Position numbers and translations under genes: made by a program
Source of the DNA: Lingula anatina
Taxonomy: Eukaryota > Animalia > Brachiopoda
Direction of reading: 5' to 3'
DNA length: 64,000 nt
Assembly: GCA_051362555.1 (NCBI GenBank)
Contig: CM120648.1
Coordinates: 16,984,587 to 17,048,586 of the forward strand
Part shown: one piece after another, positions 37,401 to 49,488 of the stretch
Layout of the letters: the number at the start of each line of letters is the position of its first letter
How positions within the stretch are numbered: the first letter of the stretch is position 1
The notes under the pieces: generated by a model
What the model was told of the DNA's origin: nothing
Databases searched by the model: none
What the model saw: the letters and a program-made list of their open reading frames with translations, nothing else

Positions 37401-37600
37401 TTTTTAAGGGTTCCAAGGAAGAGTGGCAACGGGTGCTCTTCATAAGTGGCGCCATCTATACGTTTGGCTCACTGTTTTTCTTGGTATTTGCAAGCGGCGA
37501 GGAGCAGACCTGGGACAAACCGGATCATCTTCACTACCAGGACGATCAGGAGCTCAAGGAAAAAGAGAAAAAGGATGACTTGGAAAATACGACATTGTAA
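28020..37600 (+). CDS. SLC17A5: SLC17 family (sialin-like) MFS organic-anion transporter, paralog 1; 10 coding exons, 516 aa
   Basis: Exons 28020-28074, 28855-29084, 33554-33787, 34249-34432, 35115-35245, 35746-35895, 36132-36264, 36555-36705, 36984-37074 and 37409-37600 are all GT-AG and phase-compatible (1551 nt). Motifs [57 protein letters not shown] at 37603. One-to-one orthology is not established. Confidence 0.9.
29770..30770 (+). pseudogene. Tc1-family DD34E transposase pseudogene
   Basis: Fragments ARRPVWKPLLT, WNHVVFSDESR, VSVWGAF and QDDCATPH...WPANSPDLNPIEKLW, with several frameshifts and stops. Confidence 0.9.
30858..31834 (-). mobile_element. Kolobok-like non-autonomous element nested in the Tc1 remnant
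   Basis: TIR AGACAGTCTCAG / CTGAGACTGTCT with TTAA TSD (30854-30857, 31835-31838). Internal ORF fragment RRRSTQTVYVGREVGRWRTLKAELG followed by a GTGAGT donor. Confidence 0.75.
33078..33251. mobile_element. MITE with subterminal TCCGAAGGTTC repeats and 8-bp TSD
   Basis: TSD GCTTCAGA (33070-33077, 33252-33259) and TIR GGGGCGT.TCGATAGTCCGAAG. An inverted sister copy lies at 40398-40568. Confidence 0.85.
34776..34876. mobile_element. Short CCCAGCAAA-terminal MITE (decayed)
   Basis: ta|CCCAGCAAAC start with ACGTTAT repeats. Same family as 47959-48065. Confidence 0.5.
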
Positions 37601-38803
37601 TTAATAAAGGTTCGGTTGAGACCTACATCGTGTAAATATGAAACTGAGTTCGCTGGAACAGTTTTAGAAGGACGATGTACTATTAGTAGGCCTATCCCAT
37701 TTACTCTATTTTTTGTCTAGTTAGCGTAGAAAGTCACTGCATGCCGTTATTTGGTATTATAAGTAGAATCCACTGAGGGTGCTGTGCTGTCAAATTTTAT
37801 AATGATTGTTATTACTAGTGTTAATTCTAAAAGAGCGAGTGTTGTGTTTTTTTGCATAAATACCAAATTCATATCGTGGATTTTTGGAAGCAATCTGTAT
37901 TTAAAGGCCTTAAAAAGGAACTGAAATTGAAGGATATAAGGAATAGCGACTTAATTAACTATTCCAGAGCACACCATGTAAGAACAGAGCCAGACTTAAA
38001 GTGTGTGCACTGCACCAGAGACTGTCACTCCCGTATTGGACTTTATATAAGAACAGAGCCAGACTAACAGTGCGCGTCAGAAACTCGCTGGCACTTCAGT
38101 ATAGGATTTTTCATGCAGTTATACTAGTATATACTCAGCGCTACAATGTCTGGACAGATGATCCACCTCAAAGCGCAAATCCATTTTTTTGTAGTTGACG
38201 GTGCTAATAAAGAGTAGATTTTATTAAAAACCTTGATATTGCTCTGCACTAGCCAATGGAGAATGTAATAGGGTGCACGACTGTAACACACGCATATGAA
38301 ACGCACAGAGCGAGCCTCTCTCAGTGCCATCTTGTCTCATTACGCCACAGGACTGTTGACTCCCCTCTTTTATATTTTGTACACACGAATTCACATCAGT
38401 GGACAACAATGGACTAATTGTTTAGCTTACCTATTAATGCGCGGAATCATTTATATGAATCCGTATAAATTAGAAAGCCGTGCGTTTCTACGGGCGTGAC
38501 TGGTGACATGCAACTTTCTGTATTCCCTGTTCTTTTTCCATATGGGCGTAATCCGAGATAGTCCAATTTCTTTACCAAGGGAGATTTGGAGAAGATTAGA
38601 ATCATAAATAGTTACAGCGTCACTCATTTATTATTTTTGTTTTATTTTTCAGACAAAATTCCCAGCTCATAATTTCCTACTTATTGCCAAAATGGAAGAC
38701 CCGTACGTGTAACATGTGGATTCTCGAACGTTTTATGGCCTTGTATGACGTCAGATCAGTGCCAAACGCCACGTTTTAGGCTACCTTGAATGATTTCCAA
38801 TAC

Positions 38804-38989
38804 CAGGCCCGTAGCCAGGGGGGGGGGGGGGGGGGGGGGGGGTTCGGGGGGTTCGAAAGAACCGCCCCTTTTGGTAGGAAAAGGTCCACTCTGGGTAAAA
38901 TTTGATCTAGGTTCATGAAGTTTTTATGGAAAATGGTCCACTTTTTCATAAAAAGAACCCCCCTTTTGAAATTGCTGGCTACGGGCCTG
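38804..38989. mobile_element. hAT-like MITE
   Basis: 15-bp TIR CAGGCCCGTAGCCAG / CTGGCTACGGGCCTG with an internal poly-G. No clean TSD. Confidence 0.7.
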
Positions 38990-39488
38990 TATACCAACCA
39001 TTGTTCAGGTAATAAACACACCTGTCTCATGTACGCATCGACTGTGTTTTTTAACACTGGGCACACCATATCCAAAACAGTTCACTGAAATACATAACAT
39101 CAATCTTGATTGACTTTAACCTTTTGTGTGTGTGTGTGTGTCATTTTCATAATATATAGAGCAGCGAATTTCACATGTTTCGCATGCGAAATGTTGACGC
39201 AGAGAAACTGTGTTTAAAATTTTATTTAATTCTTTTTTCATGTTGGATATGACTACGGCTCACGCACAATAATACAACCAATTTATTCTCATTGGTGAGG
39301 TGTACATGGATATAATATATAGTTTGATATTTTTTAAAAAGGCATCCTTTACCAAAAAGCAATGTACTTAATTGTCCTATATTTAGTTGTGTTTACAAAG
39401 TTATGTTTCACCGGAGGCAGGTGCGTTATTGTACTTTTAGTTGAAACGTACCTTGTAGTTCGCCGGTATATCGCTTCATGTGCTTGTT

Positions 39489-39674
39489 CAGGGGCGGATC
39501 CAGAGATATTTTCTGACAGTCTTCCAAATTATCTTTGTTGATCCATCCTCCATTTTTGACCGTCTTCCGACAGAAAATATTAGATACCCGTCAATGTAAA
39601 CTTTAAAATCTGACCGTCTTCCAGAAGACCCAGAAGACGGCCTAAATCCGCCCCTGCGCCTAAATCCGCCCCTG
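39489..39674. mobile_element. hAT-like MITE with duplicated right TIR
   Basis: CAGGGGCGGAT ... ATCCGCCCCTG (twice), with flanking (TG)CTTGTT duplication. Confidence 0.7.
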
Positions 39675-40397
39675 CTTGTTTATTAAAACAACAAGTGCGA
39701 GCAAAGCTAGTGACTCCAACTATAAATCAAAACAAAGCACGATGTCAAACAGAAATATAAATCAAGGCTAGTGCTTTTATCCGACAGTCACAGCTACGTA
39801 GCGGACCTCGTTCATTTAAATGTTAATCCCTATATTTAAGTGACATAATCAGTACTTTGTCAAAGTCTTGTGGAACTCTACCTAGCTTCATTGCCCTGCC
39901 CTCTATATCGTGACCGCAGATTAATTACAGTGTATGTTGCACTTTTCACTAGCAGCCGAGAATCCGGAGAACTGAATTATAACTTAGCCAGAGACATATA
40001 TCTGTTAAAGGGCACGGCGCGATCTATATATCAGGATCCTCACTGAAAGGTTCTGTCAATGTGAACGGGTTTAGACCAAACATGAATCCAGTGTCAAGGT
40101 CATTCTAACCACGTGATAAACCACATGAACCACGCAGCGTGAAAGATGCCGGTGTCTTAAAATATTAATTAGTGAAAGAATCAGCTAGTGCACTTCTTGA
40201 TTTATTCTGACTGGTGCAGTACGCGTTCGTTATCATGTGAAAGGGACCCAAGTCAGCTGCTGACCGCTGTAGACAGCTGAAGTTATGAATGGATGGAAAT
40301 AACACACCCAAGTTGTCGATATGCGGTTCAAAGAAAGCTGAAAAACTACACGTTTATTACCTGCAGCGACTGATCAAAAACTGCCCACTCAATGAGC

Positions 40398-40568
40398 GGG
40401 GCCGTAGCGATAGTCCGAAGGTTCAATAGTCCGAAGGTTCATTGGTCCGAATGTTCACTATAGAACCTTCGGACCAATGAACCCTTGATTAAAAAATCGA
40501 TGAAAATGTTAGCACTTTTCGGACCAATGAACCTTCGAGCTGAACCTTCGGACTATCGAGACGCCCCC
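40398..40568. mobile_element. MITE (sister of 33078-33251) upstream of paralog 2
   Basis: Reverse-complement match to 33078-33251. TSD CAATGAGC/CAGTGAGC (one mismatch). Confidence 0.85.
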
Positions 40569-40857
40569 CAGTGAGCAGGGCGTGAATATATACAAAGTAG
40601 GCAACAGGAGGCGGAGCTAAAACTAAATCCATGTCCACTACAGACATTGACATATGAACTTTAAAATACGTTACTACAACTGATAGTAGGGTTCGTTTGC
40701 ATGGACGTGATTTTTCTATAGGTTCCAACGCAAGTGCAAGCGGTGCTGTTTACATCCTACAGCCGTATCATTAATTTGAAAATACACACACGCACTCCGG
40801 GTTGTTTTGTATATGCCGTTTAATGATTGGTATATAAACAGTTCCATATCGTAAGTC

Positions 40858-43567
40858 ATGGCAGTAGGAAGAGAAGCCGAGACTGTTCCTATGTCACCAG
40901 ACTCTCGGACTACAGGCGACATGGAAGACGCAGAGGATAACGTGCCACTAAAGGAAAATGGTAAGTATTGCCGGAGTATTGTTAGTACATGTGCGGCTGA
41001 ACAGCACACAAGGCCTGTTTACAGTAGAAATGGGTCGACCCAACCTGGAAACATGCACCTCAGCAGGCTGTGTGAATATGACGCTGATATTATGTACTGA
41101 TATTATGCACCGAAGACTACGGCACCCGCTGACACGTGGCCAACATCAACGACAGTGGGGCTATATCAACGACAGTGGGGCTATATCAACGACAGTGGGG
41201 CTATACCAACGACAGTGGGGCTATACCAACGACAGTGGAGCTATACCAACGACAGTGGAGCTATACCAACGACAGTGGGGCTATATCAACGACAGTGGGG
41301 CTATATCAACGACACTGGGGCTATATCTACGACACTGGGCTAGGCCGGTGACTGAGAAAAATAGTCCGCGGGCAGTAGGAGCTGAACCGGACGACACTGT
41401 AGGTTATTGTGCAGAAAGAATCACAAGGCAAAACCTGCAGATCATACATGAGAGAAGCTGTAAATTAACAGCTACAGTACAGGTATATGTAGGAGTGAGA
41501 GAGATGCAAAGCAAAGCACCTGTATGCATAGTTGCTTGCCTTGAAATTCTTGCAGAGGCATGTTGGTCCATTTTGTAGAGACTGGCTCCATCCTGCCGTG
41601 TAACACTGCATGCAGAAAACATGTGGAGAAATGAATGTATTACTTAATGATGTTATTTATAGGAGTCTGCCGGGGAAACAGGTGGCGTGTATATATCATT
41701 ACTTTGTTCATGCATAATTGATTGTTTACATGAAGAAAATATTAAAGGGATAACAACTCCTCTTGTGAGATGTTTTTCGCAATAAATACATTGTATTCAA
41801 CTCATAGAAATATAATATATTCTATTTTACCACAAAAACGGCAGTTATAGCAAATAATCTGGGATTTGTGCTTGTGATCAGACCACATGACCTCTATAAA
41901 TAGCTATACTCTATAATAATCGCTTAAGAAATCTCTTAAAATCTTAAGAGATTATTACAAAAAAAAAAAAAAAAAAACGGGGACTAGCTTTAAATGAAGA
42001 AATGGATAAATTAAACACTGCTAATTATGGGGAAATTGCCGTTAGATTGCCGTTTGGTCACCATTGAATTTTTTTATTATTATTTTTTTTTGGGGGGGGG
42101 GGGCAAAATGAACATTTGTTATCCCTTTGATAGTCGCAATATTACTTATAGGTTGCGAGCATTCTGATTATGAAAAGTCTGCATAAACATAACTGCAGTT
42201 ACTAGTAGTAGTATGGTTTATTTGTGTGCCATAGTTAATTATCTCACCTTTTCCACTTTTGTGGGTGGATAACGGCTGGCACGGTAATTGCTCGCTGTGT
42301 TCGAACAGAAGCATCGTGTTTCACATTTTCCCATATGAACATATTGGTGTCTTAATTTTTAGTGCCGCAAAAACCATTTCGGATTTATTTTTGAATGGGT
42401 TGAATTCATGCCGCTTTAACTGTGGAATAAGTTCCTCAGTGACTGCATAAACAGAATGTTTTTTTTTTTATTCTCTTACAGTTCCCTATTGGACGTCGTG
42501 CCGGGTCCTGCTAGCCTTGATGGGTTTTATGTGCACGATCAACGTCTATGCCCTCCGTACAAACCTCAGTTTTGCCATAGTTTGCATGGTGAAGGAGAAT
42601 ATATCTGAAGAATACGGGCCGACTCTGAATGGGACCAACACGTCGGTACGGGGCGCTAGGTATGATGAAAATAATACTCTCGATGCTTCCATCAGATCAA
42701 GATGTGTATCGGTGGATGTTGGAGATTCAAGACGGTCGTACGTAAGTAGCAGATAAATATGAAATCAATGAAGCTTAAGATGCCAATAACTACGGTTTAA
42801 TTGCCCCACGCGTCGTCCCAGCAGGGACACAGTGATTAAATCTCTAGGCTCAATTCAACCGGTCGAGAATCAACGCGTGGGGAGGCGTGTGAGCGGCGGA
42901 GAGACTATTACAAGATTAAGCGGTCTTCCTTTCATGCAGGTCGGCCATATTTAGGTCGCGGCCTTACTAGACCTCGGCTCTTCTCGATGTGAATGCTCCC
43001 TATCACACCAGTTCCATACCCGTAGAAGATGTTAACACAGGGCATTTCTTCAAACGCAAAAATAAGAAGCATTTTGTTTAAAATTTATTTCCCAAATCCA
43101 CGTGTGCAACTTAAAATGAAGAATAAAATTGGTATAGTTCAAAATATAACTCAATATCATTTCTTTCTTCCCTGCAACTATGCACTGAATTATCTTTATT
43201 TTCACAGTCATTCTTTTATAGAACTCTGTGGTTGAATATATTTTCGTTACGTTTCCTCTTTACATTGTGTGTCACAACTGTTACACATTTAACCTTCCAT
43301 CTTTTAAAAATTTTATTACATAATATAAAATTGAACGGATCATCTTGTACGATAGGACAATTATTTACAGATATCAACTTCTGAAATATTTTTTTCTAGT
43401 ATTTCCTGTAGAAGTTCCATGCAATATCTTCTACTAAAACTGCGTATGCTCTCGTCACAGATTGGTTATAAGCCAAATTATTTCATTCCATACTACATAT
43501 GGTATCTTTTTTATTAAAGTGATGCTTCCCGTTTCGTTCATGACACTTACCAGGAAACGATTAAGAC

Positions 43568-43635
<68 letters not shown>

Positions 43636-46600
43636 TTATTTATTTATTTTTTGTCACAACAGCCTGGTTATTAAAAAGATTGCTAATTGATTCGAGTCGA
43701 AAAGAAACCATTTAAAGGCAAACATAAACCGAATGTGACTATATTTTTCAACTCTTTTCTATTTATTTTAGGAGGGTGAATTTGACTGGGATAAAAGTCT
43801 ACGAGGCACCATTTTGAGCTCGTTCTTCTATGGGTACATCTGTACCCAGATCCTCGGCGGCTGGTTGGCGGGAAGGTATGGCGGGAAACACGTGCTGGGC
43901 ACCGCCATGGTGATTGTGTTAGCGATGACGGTTGTGACGCCGATTGCGGCCAGGACACACCCGTACCTCGTGATTGCTGTGCGGGTCCTGATGGGACTGG
44001 CAGATGTGAGTGACGTCACATGTGGCTCCAACACCAGGACGGAACTCACTGCTATTTACATCACGGAAATTAACATAAACGTTATCAAAATAAATATGAA
44101 CAAAAGATGTAATTTCAGGAACAGGTTATATAGCTACATCTGCGTTTTCGATCAGGTTTATCTGTCTCCCTAAATTTATGTAAGACTTTCACTCAAAATT
44201 TACATACAAATGTAATTGATGGTCACTGGTATCAAACAAGATAAATCAACAAAACAGCCAAGGGGAATAATTATTACTTTTTTAGAATTTTTGGTGAGAT
44301 TGTTTTTCAATCGGTTTAAGCACTAAGAAATCAGTAGCTCTCACTGCCAGAATTAAGATCTTTTGCAGGGGGTGGTGTTCCCTTCAATGCATACACTATG
44401 GGGCCAATGGGCGCCGCCATTGGAGCGGAGTAAACTGATGACGTTCTGTTACTCAGGTATCTATTCATATTGGCATTGCCAAATACATTGATTTACTTTG
44501 TGTTCGAACTTGGTCAAGGTTTGGCGAATCATCCGAGCAAACATAGAGACTGCGGTCGGCAAAAACAATGAAAACAGACAATAAATTGCCTGTTATATTG
44601 CCAACCACCTTCATATCAACCATTCATTCTTTTTGAGACAATTGTTTCTTCCTTTTTTTGGTTTATCAATATTACGGTCACAACTTTCATCTCCTTCTTC
44701 GTCAACTATTGTTTAGATTACATTACATGCCATTATTTTACATTTCGAAAAATAACATTGCATATAACACGAACGTGTATGAATTCACATTGAAGTCTCC
44801 GACTCTCCGAACTGAATATAAAAGCATTACATGTTAATTATTTCAGGTATATTTGTTGGCATAATCGTGGCCTTGTCGTTCTCTGGAGTACTGTGTGAGA
44901 TACAGTTGGATGGAGGATGGCCATTTATCTTCTACGTTTACGGTGAGTGTCCTCTTGTCAGCCATTGTATTTGGTTCACGTGATATTGACTACTGCAGTA
45001 AAAGACCCACAGGGTTCATACTGCGGTGCGTTGGACCTAGCAAGGCGAGGTTGAGAGCCATAAGTGAGCTTTATTTTCGAAATAGGGCGATGTTTTAGAT
45101 AAATATTGCAAATATAAAACTAAAAATAATAAAAAAAAACTTTCACTTGATTTTTGTCAGGTGCGACGTGTTTTCTGTGGCTTTGTTGCTGGCACATCTT
45201 TGTGTTTGACTCTCCTGCACGACATCCGCGAATTAGCCAATCAGAGAGGAGATACATAGAAAGGGCTATTGGACATCCTCCTGGAGAAAAGGTCAGATGC
45301 ACTTTTAACTCCATCAATGAACACAGATTAAGTAAACCATTTCGATATATAATGAAAATGATAAACTTTAATCCATTTTCGTACAAAAACGCAGGTGACC
45401 ACATATGGCATTTCTTAACATCTTGGTAAAAATAAATAAACCTAAATCATTCAGATTACTTAAATTGATTATTGCTACATGCGTACCATTTGAAGTTTTT
45501 AACAAATTTTACCGTTGGATTGTTTGATGTAACAGTTAGTGGGAGTGTGACACGTGACCCTCCTTAAGCGTCGATAAGAGACATAGTTTCTCATCCTTCA
45601 AAGATGTTAGACGTTTAAAGCAAGGCAAAGTCAAGGCATTTTCCTTCCCTATGTCCTGCATGCATGCATCATGGCGGAACTGATCTCGACTGTTGTTTTA
45701 TCTACAGCTATTACTATTTACTTCCACCCCTTAATAAACAATGCTGGATCTGCATTTGCAAAATTATATTTGGTCTTTCCAGAGGGTTGCCGTCCCCTGG
45801 CTGCAGTTTGCCAGGTCTCCCGCCGTCTGGGCAATAGTCGTGGCTCATACATGTAATAACTGGGGTCACTACACACTCATGACATCGCTGCCTCTTTTTA
45901 TGAAGGAAGTCTTGGCGTTTGACATAAAACAAGTAAGGCGTTGTAGCATAGGTGGACTAAGTTAAGTGACATAGGCCTCATTCAGAATAGATGATCCGAG
46001 TACTAACTGATCCGTCGACTAAATATGGCTAACCACAGTTTAAAAGAGATGTCGCTGATTCTCGATGATCTCCCCGCCTCTACACGCGCCGTCGCAGCAG
46101 GGGCCTAGCAATTAAACCTCGGATCCAAGATTTAATCCGTTTAATGGCGCGTGTGGAGGCGGAAGAACCGTCAGGAATCGGCGGCATATCTTTTGAACTG
46201 TGGTCGGCCATATTTAGTCGGCGGATCAGTTAGTACTCGGATCATCTTTTCTGCATGGGGCCATATACTATGCCCAAATTTTTTTTTTTTGAAAAGGCGC
46301 CTGCTTAACGTAAGATTCCGTTCCAGAATGGCGTGTACTCTGCTCTGCCGTTTGCTGCCATGGCCGGTGGTGTGGTGTTGTGTGGACAGCTAGCTGACCA
46401 GCTGAGGCGGAGAGCCGTACTGAACACCACGTGGACGAGGAAACTGTTCCAGGCCGTTGGTGAGACAAATCACAGAAAGTCCTAGTGTTAAGACGGATGA
46501 TAGATTATTGAGATGTCTTAGCAAAACATTTCGGTCGCGTTTAGATACATTTTGCTTAAAGGGATAACGACTCTTCGTATGAGATCTATATTTTGCAATA

Positions 46601-47106
46601 AATACATTGTAAACAACTTATAGAAGTATAATATATTCTATTTTTCCACAAAAACGGCAGTTATAGCAATTATTCTGAAATCTTTGCTTGTCATCAGATC
46701 ACGTGACCTCCATAGATGGCTATACTCCGTAATAATCTCTTGATCTCTTAAGAGATTATTAAAAAAAACAAACTTTTTAGAAAAACCAAGGGACTAACTT
46801 TGAATGTAAAAATGGTTTCTCGTTAACCATTTGTAAGTATGGGACAAAAAAAAAAAAAAAAAAACAGTCGTTGTCCATTGTTATTTTGATCAGTGTCTCG
46901 AATATTCTGTTTTTGGCAATAGCAATTTAAATGTTAAAATCGTGTCTCAGTTAAATTATTGCTGACTGTATGCAGAATCATGGTATTGTATCACAAAAGA
47001 AATTTAGCCTGATAGCTTATATAGTCTTAAGAGTGAGTTGTTATATATATAGTCTTTGATCCTAGATATATCGGTACACTTAGATGGCATATTGCTCCCA
47101 AGGTTT

Positions 47107-47142
<36 letters not shown>

Positions 47143-48804
47143 CAAACTTTTTAATGTTTTAGACCCAAAGTGTTTTTATTACAGCGGACTGCTACAGATA
47201 TATCTACTGGTAGAACTCTGGACCAGTCTTTGATATTAATTTTCCTTCATGAAATCGGCCAGTGCTAAATGTTGACGTAAATACCCCCCAACCCCCAAGC
47301 CCCCCCCCCCACCACCCCTTTATTTGCGGGATACTGCCTTCTCCCCCATTCACTCCCCAGTTAAGATAAGATAAGATAAGATAAGAGTTTATTTAGCCAA
47401 TTATAAAAATCGGAAATCATTTTCCTTTTGGAGCAATATACAGAGTAAAATAATACAATAAATAAATAAATTAAGAATTTGGTTTCGAGATCAAATTAAA
47501 ATGCGTCACTGCACTTGGATAAAAGCTGTTTAGAAAGCGTTTACTGCCTTTTTAAAAAAGTTAAGTTATTACAAGAAAGAACGAATTGAGGCACAACCAG
47601 TTAATTTTGTATTCATACATGTGCTCCACACATTGAAGTACTTTCTCTTTCTATCTACTATTAAGCAGTATTCCATTCTTTACCTTGTAAAACATCAATT
47701 ATCTCCTTCCGATTTACCACAATAGCTGTAACTGCCGACGAGATGCAACTTGATATCGTTGTTCAAGTTAACTGTGGGTTTTCTTTCAGGTGGATTCCTG
47801 CCCGCAGCCTTCATGGTCGCCACTGCTTTCATAGACTGTGATACCAGGATGGCGGGGGTGGCATTCCTAACACTTGCCATGACCTTCTCGGCGGGGGCGC
47901 TAGCGGGCTACCAGATCAACCACGCGGACATCGCTCCCAGGTGAGAGTACAGGGCTATCCCAGCAAATACATAACGTTAGTATAACGTTACCATAACGTT
48001 AATTTTACCAGAAAACGTTATGGCCACGTTATGGTAACGTTATAAATCGTTCTGTGTTTGCTGGGTAGGAAGATTCGGACTTTCCGTATTTCAGGTATGC
48101 CACGGATAACAGAAAAACCTCCTACCCGGGAGACGCTTAACAATGTTCAGTGTCTTACCTGTACGTTTGAAACTGACCAATTTTAAATATTTCACACTGG
48201 GAATTATATGTCCTGGTTTAATAAGATATAATTGAAACCAGACGCAATAAATGCTCCACTAGTATTTCGAGAATTTTTGTCCTATGTCTGGATGGTTGTA
48301 AAGTACTGGTTCAACGCCTGTAAGCATTTTAATATATTATGTAGGGCAATTATATATACAAATATTAAGTTGATCAACTATGTTTTCAAAATACACATTT
48401 ATTTCAGATTCGCCGGTGAAATATTCGGCATTACCAACACAGTGGCCACTATTCCCGGTATGATCTCTCCCAGTGTGGTCAGCGCTCTTACGCCTAACGT
48501 AAGTTATGGTTTTTAAATTATTAAAATATTACAGTCTTTTGATCTTACAAGCAACACGGATATTACTACTTGTGGGTGTATTTTGGCTGATTTCAAACAT
48601 TCTTCTATTTAGGGCTCCAAAGAAGAGTGGCAAAGGGTTCTCTTTATAAGTGGCGCCATCTACTCTTTTGGTGCTTTGTTTTTCTTGATATTTGCGAGCG
48701 GCGAGGAACAGTCTTGGGATAAAGTCGACAACATGAGTTATCAAGAAGATCAAGAAGCCAAGGAAAGATTCCAGATTGACGATCTTGCGCTGTCAACTTT
48801 GTGA
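40858..48804 (+). CDS. SLC17A5: SLC17 family (sialin-like) MFS organic-anion transporter, paralog 2; 11 coding exons, 542 aa
   Basis: Exons 40858-40960, 42482-42741, 43772-44005, 44369-44456, 44847-44942, 45161-45291, 45783-45932, 46327-46459, 47790-47940, 48408-48498 and 48613-48804 are all GT-AG and phase-compatible (1629 nt). Same SLC17 motifs as paralog 1. Confidence 0.9.
41144..41342 (+). repeat. 20-bp minisatellite, ~10 copies
   Basis: Unit (A)TA(T/C)CAACGACAGTGG(G/A)GCT, in intron 1 of paralog 2. Confidence 0.95.
41746..42126 (+). mobile_element. Kolobok-like MITE (complete copy)
   Basis: ttaa|AGGGATAACAA ... TTGTTATCCCT|ttga. Confidence 0.8.
43572..43631. repeat. (TA)n microsatellite
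   Basis: Pure dinucleotide run. Confidence 0.95.
45974..46262. mobile_element. PIF/Harbinger-like MITE
   Basis: 3-bp TSD ATA. TIR GGCCTCATTCAGAATAGATGATCCGAGTACTAACTGATCCG / CGGATCAGTTAGTACTCGGATCATCTTTTCTGCATGGGGCC. Confidence 0.8.
46560..46877 (+). mobile_element. Kolobok-like MITE (third copy)
   Basis: ttaa|AGGGATAACGACTC start; aligns by eye with the 10918 and 41746 copies. Confidence 0.7.
47959..48065. mobile_element. Short CCCAGCAAA-terminal MITE
   Basis: TIR CCCAGCAAA / TTTGCTGGG with internal AACGTT(A) repeats. Confidence 0.7.
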
Positions 48805-48861
48805 GAGTGATGGGATAACGGCAGTAGACTGGGCTTATCTTACTTAATGATTCTTCGATAC

Positions 48862-49275
48862 TGAAGTGAACCCGAGTGGCTAAACTCACTTATTCTCGTG
48901 ATAACTACAGTCTAAATGATAGTGATACACAAAGGCGGCTGACACACCCTGATCAGGGGCATGAACAACTTACCTTTAAATTTCCACTGTCTGGACTCCT
49001 ATGCAAACTTCAAAAAGCTCCTAGTCTGTCACTACAATCTGTACCAATTGGATCTGTCTAGTAGGAAGAACTTAGGAATATTTGCTTAGTGAAGAATATA
49101 TACAAAGGAGGTGCTGATCCTACGGAGGTGTCTCTCTAGCGAGGTCGCTCAGTGGAATGGTTGAGTGAAGATAGCTCTCAAATTTTCCGCTGTCTATCTC
49201 ATACTGCTAGGTGGCGCAACATCATATTAATAGATGGCGCTTTATTCAATACAAGCCACAACCGTAATCACAACA
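48862..49275 (-). repeat. 3' LTR (414 bp) of the TatD-Gypsy element
   Basis: TGAAGTGAACCCGAGTGGCTAAA...AATCACAACA. The first ~100 bp and last ~10 bp match the 407-bp LTR and the middle is unrelated. Followed by TTCCCCCCCA. Confidence 0.85.
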
Positions 49276-49488
49276 TTCCCCCCCATTTTCTTTTAAAAAA
49301 GATTGGGAACCCGCCCAATTTGGAATAAAAAAGGGGAATGAAATTTATGAAATTATAGGACCAGCCTTTTGAAAATGAAAAATGGGACCAGCCCATAATT
49401 TATAATGGTGATGAATATGTACAAGGAGTTCCCCAAATTCCTTTTAAACCATAGGTCCAGCCTATGGAAAATTAAAAAATAATGATAA

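Noticed and set aside
40958-41578. 206-aa ORF with repeats
   Set aside because: Intronic. It is open only because the 20-bp minisatellite lacks stops, and it overlaps the exon 1 donor of paralog 2.
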